Shown here: piece after piece, positions 11,773 through 23,925 of the stretch
Position numbering within the stretch: position 1 is the stretch's first letter
Layout of the letters: every line of letters begins with the position of its first letter
Assembly (NCBI RefSeq): GCF_009914755.1
Contig: NC_060947.1
Length of the DNA stretch: 64,000 nucleotides
DNA from: the human T2T-CHM13v2.0 reference genome, Homo sapiens
Direction: 5' to 3' (one strand)
Notes under the pieces: model-generated
Database searches by the model: none
What the model saw: only the letters and a program-made list of their open reading frames with translations
Told to the model about the DNA's origin: nothing
Program-made: the position numbers and the translations under genes

Positions 11773-12252
11773 CAAGCTGTTCTTTCCACGTGGCACTAAA
11801 GGCACAGTACCCAGGGCCTCCGGGCTTTTCAGGGGCCTATGAAAACATGTGAGCCCCAAGAAAATTTATTGGCTCTAAAATATGAAAAGAAAACAGCAGA
11901 ATTGGAATTAATAAATGTTCTATTATACGTCTACAAAATGTAATATAATACCAACCTCATTAATTGTTAAATTTAGTATTCCTAAAAATTTCATTACATT
12001 TGAAAACAATTTGTTGGTTAGATTTCCTCACTTTGCAAGAATTCCCAAGTATGCACAGTGATTACAAAGAAATCAGAGCCAATTGGGAATGAAACGAGTT
12101 ACTCATAGGCAAATAATTTCGAAAGCGGAATTATAAAATCCTTTGAAATATTTTATGGCAAAAATTACATTTAATATGGGATGTGGGAGCATTTTCATAT
12201 ATATGACACGCTGTGGGGTGAAGCCTCTAAAAGTGAGAGTGCCTAGGGCCTG
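11773..12252 (+). mobile_element. hAT-Tip100-type non-autonomous DNA transposon (MER96B-like)
   Basis: AT-rich ~480 bp block opening aggcacagtacccagggcc...ttttcaggggcctatgaaaa and closing gtgcctagggcc; family name from recalled consensus. Confidence 0.65.
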
Positions 12253-12360
12253 CCCCAAGACAGAGGGAACAAGAGTCCCTTTGTGAGGCACACTGGGATG
12301 GGGGGAAGCGTCCATGCGCCATGGTGGGCGCCCACCGCTCTGGTTGTTCCCCTCATCTCC

Positions 12361-12428
12361 TAAAAAAACAAACAAACAAAAAAACCAAAAAACAAACAAA
12401 CAAACAAAACACCAACCAAAAAAACCAC
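12361..12428 (+). repeat. (CAAA)n A-rich tract
   Basis: taaaaaaacaaacaaacaaaaaaaccaaaaaacaaacaaac... Confidence 0.9.
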
Positions 12429-13599
12429 CCTGGCCACATGCGTATAAGCGCTGGCAGAATGGCCCTTTCGGAGCAGCCCTTTCATGTACTGCCCTCGGCT
12501 CTTATCAAAGGCCCTTTCAAGAAACAGGCATGCCTGTGTGCCTTTCATAATCGGGAAGAGAAATAAACATTATCTGATGAAAATCGAGAAGAAAACAGCC
12601 ATGTGTTAACGGTGTCTGTTGGGTTGTCAAGCCATTGCCCAGGACATTGACCACTGGGCTGCTCAGTGCCCCTCAGGCAAGGGCCCACATGAGGTGTTTC
12701 TCTCCCAATTTAGCACCAGCATAAACTTGGGGTCCCTTGAGTACCTGTCAGTTTCTTCCTCTCTGATAACGAAAGCGGCAGAATGCTCTGCTTCTGGCTG
12801 GCTCACAATGGGAGGCCGCCTCTGCGCAGGCAGGGAGTGAGAAGCACACAGGCCACCACTTACTTCTACGTGACCTGGGCCAGGTCCTTTCCCGCTGAGC
12901 CTCATGTGCAACATGGGGTTAAGTCACAGGGTTAGCGTGAGGATGCACTGAGATAATGAATGTCAAGTGGAAAGAACGGGCCTCCGTACTGTTAAGAACG
13001 CCAGGTTGGGAGCGGATTTGCTCTCAACTGCTGGGACTTGATGACTCAGGCCTCCCACCCCAAGATGCCTACCTGCTCTGCAGGATCTCTGACATCCCAG
13101 CTCTGTGACCAACACATGCCAGCAACTTGATGAGGTCAAGCCTCTCCCTTGTCAAATCTGCATGCCCACGGATCACCGATGAGCCTGGGAAGATTCCACC
13201 ATGGCTTCCAGCTCTCTGGGAGCTAAGATGACTCATTCTCACCTAGGCTTGAAGTCCCCTCTCTCGCTAGTTAACCTTTTCCTGGTTTCTGTCCTCTCCT
13301 CCTTACCTCTTCAATGCGAAAACACAGTGAGGATACAGTTCCGCTAAGAGCTCTTTGTCCTACTTACTGCTGTGGCCAATGCAGGGACGAAGGAGCCCGA
13401 GCAAGAGGCTGGTGGCATAATGCCAGCTCATCAATGGCAGACAGCATTGGGGCTAATCCACCATCTGCAGCTGGGCCACCCACTTTCCAGGCCAAACACC
13501 TTGCTACCAGCTCAGAAAATGCTCCACCCACTCTTTTGAATGCCATCTCTCCACTGCCCCATCCTCTCTCCCTCAACCCATCCCCCACCTCCTCCTGTC

Positions 13600-13830
13600 C
13601 CCCACATGACACTAGCCTTCCCTCCTCTGTGCTTTTACCACACTTTGTATGTGCCTCCATTGTGGTCCTTAGCAGCTCTTAGCTCCTTGGAACAGCACTT
13701 CTGGGCTCTCGCCTCTGCATCCCTCAGACCACCTCAAGAACAGAGCTTGTGTAGTTTCATCTCTGCATCTTTGGTGCCCTGCACAGGGCTTGCCATGAGG
13801 TGTATCCACCAAAGGAATGGAGTTCAGCAT
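13600..13830 (+). mobile_element. L2 3' fragment
   Basis: ttcatctctgcatctttggtgccctgcacagggcttgcca resembles the L2 3' end. Confidence 0.55.
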
Positions 13831-13879
13831 AGGTGAAGGAAACAGGGAGAGAAGTAAGAGTGACTCTGTCCTCTTGGGT

Positions 13880-14100
13880 GAGTTCTTCCAACTCTGGGCC
13901 TGGACTCAGAAGATCTGGGCTCAAGTCCTTGACCATTTTTAGTTGTGTGGCCTTAGACAAATCACTTCCCTTTCCTTTGAGCCTCACTTTTAAGACCAGA
14001 CAAATGAGGATCCCAGTCTCTCCCCTGCCTCCTGCATGGGCTGTTGTGGAGATCAAATAAGCAAATGATTGAGGAAGTATGTTAGACGTTGTGAACTGCT
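13880..14100 (+). mobile_element. MIR fragment
   Basis: gttgtgtggccttagacaaatcactt...gagcctcac...gggctgttgtggagatcaaataag. Confidence 0.8.
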
Positions 14101-14339
14101 GAAGTTCCATGTATTTTCCCATCCTGGGAATCTGCACACACAAACACCTGCCCACTAAACCACTCCATTGCAAGGGAAACCCAATTTGTGTGCTTATCAC
14201 ATGATGACTCGCATTTGTACTGTGTGATCCAGTTTACAAACAACATCTAGAGGGCTTTCTGTGCCCTTTCATTCTCTTAATACCTGCTTTTCTCCCACGT
14301 GTCAGGCAACCTGAGCCCCATTTGGCAGTTGATGATCAC

Positions 14340-14690
14340 TAATAATAAAGGCAGCTAGCGCTTATTGAGGACTTACTATAGTTCTGAGTGTTCTATATTT
14401 ATTAACTTACTTAACAGGTACCATTATTTTCCCCATTTTTAGAGATGGAAAAACCGAAGGTCAAAGAAGTTAAGTTACTTGCCCAGGATCACAGAACTAG
14501 TACACAGCAAAGGTATGGCTTGGTCCTAGGTATTCTAGCTCTAGAATCCGTGAGTTTAACCACTGCGCTGTACTACCCAGACAAGAAATTGAGGCTCAGA
14601 GAGGGGAAGTGACTTGCCCAAGGTCACGCATACAATGGGTTAGTGGCATTGCCTGTATCTTCTGACTCAGATCTTTAGCACTTTCTACAA
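14340..14690 (-). mobile_element. Two adjacent MIR fragments
   Basis: ccccatttttagagatggaaaaaccgaagg...acttgcccaggatcac; second core gaaattgaggctcagagaggggaagtgacttgcccaaggtcac. Confidence 0.85.
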
Positions 14691-14809
14691 CCTGGACTTT
14701 TCTGTTGAATAGGTAATTATCTGTAAATGAAATTTCACTGTGCTCTATGGATGGAAGGGAGGTGGAATCCTTGTATGAGGGAAGCAGATCAGAGATATTC
14801 CTTATGTTT

Positions 14810-15240
14810 ACAATTCAACAAACATTTATTCTTGCTCTCAAGGAGACCCTAATTCTAATATTCAACTGCAGGCACCAGAGGTTTATCCAGTAACTAACAA
14901 TGGCCCTGGAAACAAAGGAAGGAGTCCTTAACTTTCCCACTTGGGCTGGATCTGGGAGGGTGGAAGACCTGGGGATGTGGGAGTAAACAGAGGGGCATCT
15001 CCAGCAGAGGAACTGCCGGAGGAAAAGCGTGGCTGTAGGAAAAGGCCTGATGTGTTCTGGAAATAGTGCCGGGTCCCAGGCCACTACAAGACTTTGTGGA
15101 AGAGAAGTGGACTTGAATACCAAGCCAAGGAATTGGGACTTCATTTCTGCAAGTGACAAGGAATCCACTTACTTTCTGGTTGCCAAGAGAAGCTACACCC
15201 AAGGAGTAATTCAAGGGAATAGACTCAGACAGTCATGATA
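14810..15240 (-). mobile_element. L2 fragment
   Basis: attcaacaaacatttatt tail; ccaagccaaggaattgggacttcattt. Confidence 0.55.
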
Positions 15241-15331
15241 TGTCCCACCTTCCCAGCTAGAAAGGACACTGAGACCTTCCAGAGGTGCCAATGACTTAGA
15301 CAAGGTCAACCAGTGAGATTGTAAGAATTAG

Positions 15332-15631
<300 letters not shown>

Positions 15632-16569
15632 TCAGGCCTTAAGTTGGGTCTTGACAGACCTTGGAGATTTGTACAAGCAGAGACAAGGGAGGAAGGACCA
15701 CAAGAGTGGGGAGTCCAGAAAAAGGGAGAAAAGGAACCTGACTTGGAGCAGCCCCACATCCCATCCCTATACCCACCCAGGCTGTCAGGTGTGGCTTTGG
15801 GTAGGGGGCTCCCTAAAGGGGCAGTCAAGTCCCTGGAGTCTTGCTCATTGCCCAGAATCCTGGGCCAAGGCCCACGTCTGGGTGTTGGGGAGGGACCCCA
15901 GAGCCATGCCATTGGTCTCCTTCTCTGCAGGAAGCCCTCAGGAAAGAGCTTGTCAGGGGAATAGAAGGGCTGGCTGGGCCTGGCTGGCCAGGCAAGTGTC
16001 CTGGTTTGAGAAAAGCCAGGCCTAACTCAGAGCAGGCAGCTATCCCCAGCTTGTGGGGGAGCCAATTAGAGCCAGGGTTAGGTGGGGTCCTGGCGGCCTC
16101 TGCCCTGGGTCCTCCACTCCCAGCTGGCAATCATTAGGTTTGCTCAGAGGATCCCTGTCAGGAGAGATTGACTCTGGGACGGATCAAGGTGAAGGAGAGG
16201 CTGGCAGAGAGGACCCCAGTGCCTAGACTGCACACTGAGGCCCCCCCCTCCACGGCTGCCGGCTACCTTGGGCATGTAAAAAAGACATTTAAAATACCTA
16301 GTCGGCCCCTTATCAAGCCATGTGTGCCCCCATCCTCCCCACCCCTCACTTGATAAGCACGTGTCCCACTGTCATGGGGAAATATGGGCGCTATAAACTC
16401 AAGGGCCTGCCTCTCAGAGCAATGGGCCCATTAGTCAAACAAAAGCTGCTAGGGGAGTGCTCCTCTCTGGGACTGGGAACATGGGTTCTAGGAAGCCCCA
16501 GGATACATAGCCCCGGGGAAAGCATACACAGGGGCTGAAGCCATGCCCCTTCTTCCTCCAACCTTCAGA

Positions 16570-16970
16570 CCCAATGGCCTGTTCTCCAAAGTCCCAATGT
16601 CCTCATCTGTAAAATGGGCACAATTCCTTCCTCACAGGGCTGTTGTGAAGCTGAAACAAGAGACTGGATACAAAGCTCCCACCACAGTCCCAAGCACAAA
16701 GTAAGTAGTAAGTGCTAGGCCAGCCCACCCACTTTTTGTCCCTACAAAAGGGGTCAGGATAAAACTGGTGAAAATCCACCACTCCATAAAGCACCTACAT
16801 GTTAGAAGTTGGGGGGGCCAATATCCTCTGAACCCTGCCTCCTCTGTTTACTGATGCAGCAGTAGAGGCCAAGAGAGGTTAAGTGACTTATCCGAGACCA
16901 CACAGCTTATCAGTGGTAGGTCTGGGACTGGAATCCGGGTTGCCTGTATCATAGCACACTAGAGTGCTGC
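16570..16970. mobile_element. Two MIR fragments (+ at 16570-16715, - at 16810-16970)
   Basis: cctcatctgtaaaatgggca; gagaggttaagtgacttatccgagaccacacagct. Confidence 0.8.
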
Positions 16971-17406
16971 TCATCTCACAGCCCTGATTTGGCCCCTGCA
17001 GCAATATCGGGTGTTTTTCCATACCCCTCTTTTGAATAGGATGTGATGAGGACACCTCTAGGTAATGTCCTGGCAGGGCTGAGCCTGCAGATAGGGGGTC
17101 CTCTGCCTTTACTCTGTGCTACAGCAGTGTGGCCCCATGCAGGCAGAGAGAGAAAGAGGGTGAGAGAGAGATGCTGACTTCAGCGGGCTACCATATCACA
17201 TTGCAAGCTCATATCTCATTTGCTGTTCACCAGTCCCCGGCCCCCCTTTCCTTGCTCTTTCCCGGGCAGAGCTGCATGGTTTGCATTATTCCCCTTCCCG
17301 CCCGCCTCCCTTCCCGGATATCTTGGTTCCATATTTTCCACGCTGAGGCTCAGTTTACTCCTGGCTGGGCTCTGGGCCTGCACCTGGGTTCTAAAAGGTC
17401 TGGGGG

Positions 17407-17489
17407 GTGTGTGAGTGTGTGTGTGTGTGTGTGTGTGCATGTGTGTGTGTGAACATGTGTGTGTGAGAGTGTGTGTGTGTGTGTGTGTG
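17407..17489. repeat. Interrupted (TG)n microsatellite
   Basis: Direct reading. Confidence 0.95.
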
Positions 17490-17594
17490 TTGAGTGGGGG
17501 AATGCTGCTGTTGTCCAGCCCTTCTCTCTGTCCTGGGTGAAGGCCACCAGAACATCCTCCCTACCCTCTGCCTTTCACTTTCTGCCTCTAAGAT

Positions 17595-17730
17595 GGCAAC
17601 ATCCCTCAAAGTAATGACCACAGACCCCTGCTTCTGAATCACTAGAAATGAGGACTTCCCAGCCCCACCCAGACCTATGGAATCCACATCTCTGGGGCCA
17701 GGGCTCAGAAATCTACATTATGACCAGTGT
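17595..17730. mobile_element. MER5-like hAT-Charlie MITE fragment
   Basis: ccccacccagacctatggaatccacatctctggggccagggctcagaaatctacatt. Confidence 0.7.
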
Positions 17731-17849
17731 TTCATTCATAAGGATTTTGCTTGATTTTTTGCCTTTAAATCTTCATTGGCAAGGGGTTCATTTTGATACC
17801 TGATGTTGATCGCTCCTGTCCCAAGTTCACTTAACAAATATTCACTGAC

Positions 17850-18780
17850 CACTCAACATTTTCTGGGTTTCGCTACTAACTCTCTGGCTACTCTCTCTGT
17901 TTCCTTTGCCAGCTCCTCTTCCTCTCCTATTCCTTGAATGCTGGAAGGCCCCGGGGCTCAGTCCTTCCCTTTCTTTTTCCTGTGCTACCCAGCCTCCGTG
18001 CGTGAGCTCATCTTCTGTCAGCTTCAGTTCCTATCTGTGTGCTGAGAATCTCCACCCCAGGCCTCCCACCCAGCCCTCTCCCCTGAGCTGATTCAGCCCC
18101 ACCCCAGCTTGAATGACCTCCAGGCCCCTCAAATTCAACAGGACCCATACTGAGCTCATCTTCTTCACACACTCAGTGAACTTTCTGAAGCACACATCTG
18201 ATGACCTCACTCAGAAACCTTCTGGGACTCTCCTTGGCCCACAAGATCAAGTCCATACTCCATAGCCAAAAGAGAGCCTGGCCGCTATTTACCTCTCCAG
18301 CCTACCCTCTCCCCACTCTCCTCTCCTTGGCCTTCATCCCTGACTGTCCCACTCCAGATCGGATCAGCTGAATGACTCACAGTTCTATAAATGCACCAGA
18401 CGCCCCTCACCCCTGGCCCTGCATGTGTTACTTCCACTTCCTGGAACACAGGGGCATAGTGAGAGCAGGCCAAAGGGGACATCTGTCTTTGAGCACCAGT
18501 CTGTGGGGGTGCTTCTGAGATTCTAGTTGTGGTGTCCTTAGCCAGCATGAGGGGACAAAGGGGGCAGACATTTCCTTAGCACCATTGACCGTAGCCATGC
18601 CATTGTTGGCACACCCTTCTCCCCCAGGTTCACCAGGCCAAATTCCATTTCCTCTAGGAAGCTTCTCCTTACTCTTCCAGTCTGAACTGTCAGTATGCTA
18701 ATGATCAGAGATAAATCTCTAGGAATAGTGCCTGGTACATAATAGGCACTCAATAAATATTTGTTAATGATTGAGCAAAT
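17850..18780 (+). mobile_element. L2 relic ending in 3' tail
   Basis: ctcaaattcaacaggacccatactgagctcatc; terminal gaatagtgcctggtacataataggcactcaataaatatttgttaatga. Confidence 0.8.
18449..18605. mobile_element. Possible small hAT-Tip100 MITE (MER91-like) inside L2
   Basis: Imperfect TIRs caggggcatag ... tagccatgcccattg; interrupts L2 continuity. Confidence 0.35.
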
Positions 18781-19594
18781 GTGTTCCTCTCACTTTCCTC
18801 TGTCAACATATTCTATTATGATCCACAATTTCAAGACTATCTCCCACCTCCACCCTTACCCCATCCCACCTCCACCCCCACTCCAGACTATGTGCTCACC
18901 AAGAGCAGGGCAGCATCTTCTCTATATATCTATCCCCAGCGTACAGCAAACAAGAGTATGTGCTCACCAAAGGTTCGACGAATTAGCTTATTGAGACCCC
19001 TCTCTGCCTGGCACTGAACTATGTCCTAGGGAAGCAAGCAATGATTAAAAGACAGAGTATCGTGTTCCCTGCTGCTGAGACACTGGAAACTCCAGCTGGT
19101 GTACTAAGGGTAGAACGGGCAAGTTGTTTGCTTTTTGGAGGCAGAGTGAGGAGGAGGAGAGAGTGGGAAGCTTTCCCAGAGGAGGTAAGTTTTGACCAGT
19201 GCCTTGTTGGATGTGGAGGGCTCTTCTAGTCTTTGTCTTTGATTATAAAAATTAAGGCTTTTTGGCCAATTAAAGCTAAGTGCTGCTCATTCAATATCTT
19301 AGTTAATCCAGATACCAATCCCAAAAATAGGGATTCTCATCATCCCTGGTTTACCAATGACCAAGAGGAGGTACCCCTGGTCATTCATGTGGTGAGTAGC
19401 AAAGTTGGAACTTGGTCCCAGATTTCCCTGATCCCAGAGTTCACATGCTGACTACCACATCCTCTGCATCCAGTTCCATACATATTGCAGAACATTTCAA
19501 ACACACTATGTTCTAAAAAGAATCCCCAACCTGCCCCATTAGGTAGTTAGGCACATATGCTTGCAGGCCTTTCCTCTTGCTGTTGCCCTAGAAA

Positions 19595-19910
19595 TGAGAG
19601 GCAGCAAAGCGTGATGGTTCAGAGCACGGACTCCGAGGCAAGGCCACCTGGTGTGTACTCCAGCTCTGCCACTTACAAGCTGTGTGTCATGGAGCAGGAG
19701 GCTGTACCTCTTTGGGCCTCTGTTTCTTCATCTGTAAAATGGTGATGATGATAATGGTACCTCATTCATAGAAGAATGAATGCCATGTCCATTGTTTAAT
19801 GCTTATCTATTGTTATGAAGATTAAATAAGGTATAAACCACTTAGAATAGTACCTGGTGAATCTAAAGACAAAAAATATAGTACCTGGAACATAGTAAGT
19901 GATTATTAGG
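19595..19910 (+). mobile_element. Near full-length MIR with two small internal insertions
   Basis: gtgatggttcagagcacggactcc...ctctgccacttacaagctgtgtg...catctgtaaaatgg...catagtaag. Confidence 0.92.
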
Positions 19911-20871
19911 TACATTTTCTATAAAAAAGGGAACTCTACTAAACATGCAGCTTGCTATCCCTACTTCTTCCTGTGGAGCAGGATTCTGTCAGGTGGAGAA
20001 AAGCATTCTAAGCCAGTGGGGAGACGAGTACAAGAGCATGGAGGTGGGGAAATACGTGATGTGTGTTAGGAAGATCAGAGAGGGTGGAGATGTAGACGAG
20101 GGCTGGATCCCGAGGGCCTCAAAGGCTCCCTTTACATGACAGGACTGGGAAGAAAGCCCAGGACTCCTCAAGACCCTGAGAGCACTGCCCTCACATCGTA
20201 TCTCAGCCCTCATCTCAGCTTCTTTGGCAAACCTCTAGCAGGGTTGCTGAAACAGGGACTGGCCTTCCCCAGGCACCAGCGTTTCCACTGTCCAGACAGC
20301 TGTTTTTCTCTGTCTGCCCAGGTCCGGGCTCCAGGACTGGTTCCTACTCAGGCATTCAAAGCATTCTCTTCTCCTCAGAAGAGAGAGGCAGGGGGAGGGG
20401 GCCGGCAGGGGCAGGGCCCCCTCCACATCTGGAGGCGCCACATTGGGGTGAGCTCACCTCTGAAAGCCAGGATGGGGAAGGCAAGGTGAAGGGGCCGGGA
20501 CAGCCTGCCAGGGTGGGCTCCCCTTCTCAGCCAAGGTCTAATGGGAGCTGACAACAGCAGCTGTGGGCCTTTGATCTGCCCTTCAGGTATGTGTCCCAGC
20601 TCAGGATGGCGAAGCTAGAATGAGGAATGTTGATGAGGGCGGAGATAAGAAAAGATCAGTCCAACCAGGCAGAAAGGGCCTGGGCCACCAGGCCAGGGCT
20701 CAGAAGAAGAAGGAGAGAAAAGCTTGTGCTAGAGAAAGGCCTGCACAGCCCCATCCCGTGGCTGTCTGGCCCCTTCCTTCCCCTCAAAAGCGAGAGAGGC
20801 TCCTCTGGACTCAGCCAGGCCCTGCTTGCGTGGGTGGGGTTCAACCTGCCATGTGGTCTTCATTTCAGGTC

Positions 20872-20873
<2 letters not shown>

Positions 20874-20912
<39 letters not shown>

Positions 20913-20921
20913 ACACACACA
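20874..20921. repeat. (CA)n microsatellite
   Basis: Direct reading. Confidence 0.95.
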
Positions 20922-23064
20922 CGTTCCACCCTGCCTGCACCTGGGGAGACATAAGGTGGGCTGAGCTTGGGACTTAAATCAGCCTCAGCAGGTGAATTGG
21001 GGTGGGGGCCTCCTGGAGCTGCCAGCACTGAGATCAAGGGTCCAGCCCAGGCCCAGTGGGTATTTTTCCAGTTGGCTTTGTCCCAGGAGACACCTGCTTG
21101 GCATGGTCTAGAAAGATCCTCAAGCCTTTTGACTGCAGATTCTCAGGCCACCAGGACTCCCTCAACAGTGCTCTCCCAAGTGGTCAACCAGCATTTTCTC
21201 GAAGAGTTCCAGGGACAGGTTGCTCATCACCTCTCCAGGCAGGCCAACTTGTGGACTTACTTTGTCAAACCTGGCACCTCTGGTCACACCTACAGCCCCA
21301 CCATGGGCTGACTCTGTCTACCTTGCCTTCTGCCTCTTTAAATGAAATCCTCAGACACTGACCCAGAGAAAAGCATATAAGCCCATGGAAAATCGGGCAG
21401 CAGAGGGAGAGGAGCCAGCTGCTTACGTGAGATTCTAGGCTCTGATCACTTCTGTTGCAAGCAGACCCTGGTGGGATCCGAACCCAGTCCTCAGGGAGGA
21501 AGGCCAACCATAGGGCAATGAGGAAATGGAAGCCCAGAGAAGGGAGGAAGTTGCCCATGGCACATAGCTCTTTTGCAGCCCAGTGGACCATCGTCATTCT
21601 GGGTCCATTTCCCAGGCTGGCAGGAACCCTGAACGCCATCCCATTCCACTCCCACCTAATGCCCTGCCAGAGGACTTCTTGCCTACCCCTAGCTTTGGGG
21701 TGGGGAGGGGGGGACTTAGTACCTTTCCCTTCTTGGACCACTCTAGTTGTCAGAAAGTGGTTCCCTATTAAAAGTCTGGAGTCACCTCCCTGGAACCCCC
21801 CTCCTTGTGCCTGTTCTGCTTTCTATACTCTCATAGATGGGGAGGGTACTTGGCCAGGGGGACGGGGATGGAAAGAGCAGTACATTTGAGAGCCAGCCTC
21901 CCTGGCTCATCTTTGGATGGTCCCTTCCCCTCCAGGTTACACCTGATGATTTTTATTCAGCTCTAAGATTTTTTTTGTCAGTGTTCTGCCCTATGACAGC
22001 CTTTCAGACTTCTGAGGATGAAGACCACACCTCCCACACTTTCCCACAGTTTTCTCTTTTCCAGGATCAACAACTCCAGATTATTCAACTTATCCTTCTA
22101 GGGCATGAGTCCCTGTCTCCTCCCAGCCAGCAAACACCCCTCAGTGAGAGGGGAAGCGGGGGTAATCCAGAGTGACCTATACTCAGAACTGTGTGTTGAG
22201 AGGAAGAAGGAGGGAAGGAAACAAATTTGGACTTTTGTCTTCTCTATATTTATGTAGTCTTCTCCTTGACCTTATAGTTGCTCAGTTGCCCTTATTCCTA
22301 AAGCCCCAAGAAGCAGGACCTGAAGCAGCCACCTGACACACTCCCGATGCCTTCTCCCCTCCTGTCAGGGCTGAAACTAAGCTCCCCAGGAATCAACCCC
22401 CATCTCAGGTCCTAAATCTTGTTCATTACAGTTTCCCTTCCTTCTGGAATCCTGTCTGAAGAAGATCCTCAAAGGCCAGGCCTAGAGATCTCTGACAGAG
22501 GCTGGTTTGGGGGAAATGGAATCTGCTTCCATTTAGGAAGTAAGAGCTGGCCACCTTGAGCCCCCTGGCCAGCCGGCCAGCCACTGCTGCAGCAGCATCA
22601 GAGGTGGAGCTCAGATTCCAGGCTAAAGCCTGAGGCTCAGCCCAGAACCCCAGGCCCCTGGGACCCTGGCAAGCCCTCCAGGAGATGACAGCATCAGCAG
22701 GAGCTTGCAAGTGAATGAAGCAGGCCAACCTCCTCTCCTGCTGCCTCCTCCTACTCTTCAGGCCGCTGAGGAGTTGGAATGTTGCCCTTTCTCCCTGGGG
22801 TGGTCACCTGCTTCCTCCCTACCTGAGCACTAGAGCTGCTGAGTAGGTGGAGGAGGGCAGGGGAGGGGCTAGGAACACCAGCTAACCTTGGCTTAGAAGA
22901 ATGTGTGAAACAAGCAGGCCACAGGGCCCCTTTCCCAGCCAAAGACCCAGTGATAAGGAAAGGGGGAGGGGACAGCTGGAGGCAGCAGCAGGAGGGAGAG
23001 GGGAGAGTGTAGGAGAATGTGCTGTGTCAGCCAATTGTGCTCAGGCTCAGCCCTGAACTAACAA

Positions 23065-23547
23065 CTCCCTCCCCTCCCCTCACCCTTTTCCCTCCCTTCC
23101 TTCTTTCCTTCCCTCCTTCCTCCCTTCTGTCCTTCCCATTCTATGTCTCCATCAGTCTTTCTGTCTCCATGTCTCTTGGTTTCTTTCTCTCTTTGGTGTC
23201 AGCCTCTCTTTCTGCCTGCTTCTGTTTCTCTTTCTGGCCTTTCTGTCTGCCTTCGTCTCTCGTTTTCATCTTTGGACCCACTGTCTGTCTGTCTGTCTCT
23301 CTGGCCCTCTCCCTGGCTCCGTCTCCCTCTGTGTGTGTCTCTGGCTTTATTTCTCTGCCTGTCCCTTTCTCTCTCTCTGTTTGCCTTTCTCCAAACCTGT
23401 CTTCTTCTCTAGATGGGTCCATTTCTCTGTGTCCCTGAGCATGTCTTTTTCTATCTTCTCTATGTCTTCTCTCTCTCTGCTTCTCTTTCTGTCTCTCTTC
23501 CTCTCTGCCCCACTGCCCTCCCCTGCCATCTCTCCCTTTCCCTCCCC
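23065..23547. repeat. Long CT-rich polypyrimidine low-complexity tract
   Basis: ~480 bp almost entirely C/T with interspersed TCTG. Confidence 0.9.
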
Positions 23548-23789
23548 TGAATGGCTCCCAAGAGGCTTTCATCAGCTGCGGAAGCACCAAGTGTGAAGCC
23601 TGGCCCCGCAGTGGGCTGGCCGGCCGTGCTTTTGAGCAGGACCAGGCCCATGGCTGCTTTTCCCAGCACAGAGAAGGAGCAAAGAGGGGAAGGAGGAGGG
23701 CACCAGCCCCTGCACACAGGATCCTGGGGAAGATTGGAGAAGGAAGGAAGCAACCTTTTGTAGCTCCTCTGCTGAGCAACCCTTTTTAC

Positions 23790-23925
23790 CATGTGATGGA
23801 AAGACTCTTTTATCCTCATTTTTCAGATGAGGACACTTAGTCTCAGAGAAGGAAGTGACTTGTCCAAGGTCACACAGTGAGTCCGTGGCAGAGCTGCTAG
23901 GATTTGAACCCAGGACTTTCTGCCA
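23790..23925 (-). mobile_element. MIR fragment
   Basis: tttttcagatgaggacactt...aagtgacttgtccaaggtcacacag...gatttgaacccagg. Confidence 0.88.

Noticed and set aside
19595-19680. tRNA-like A/B-box sequence
   Set aside because: It is the tRNA-derived head of a MIR; no cloverleaf
23019-23819. 212 aa R/E-rich and 139 aa hydrophobic S/L/F ORFs
   Set aside because: Translations of the CT/GA low-complexity tract
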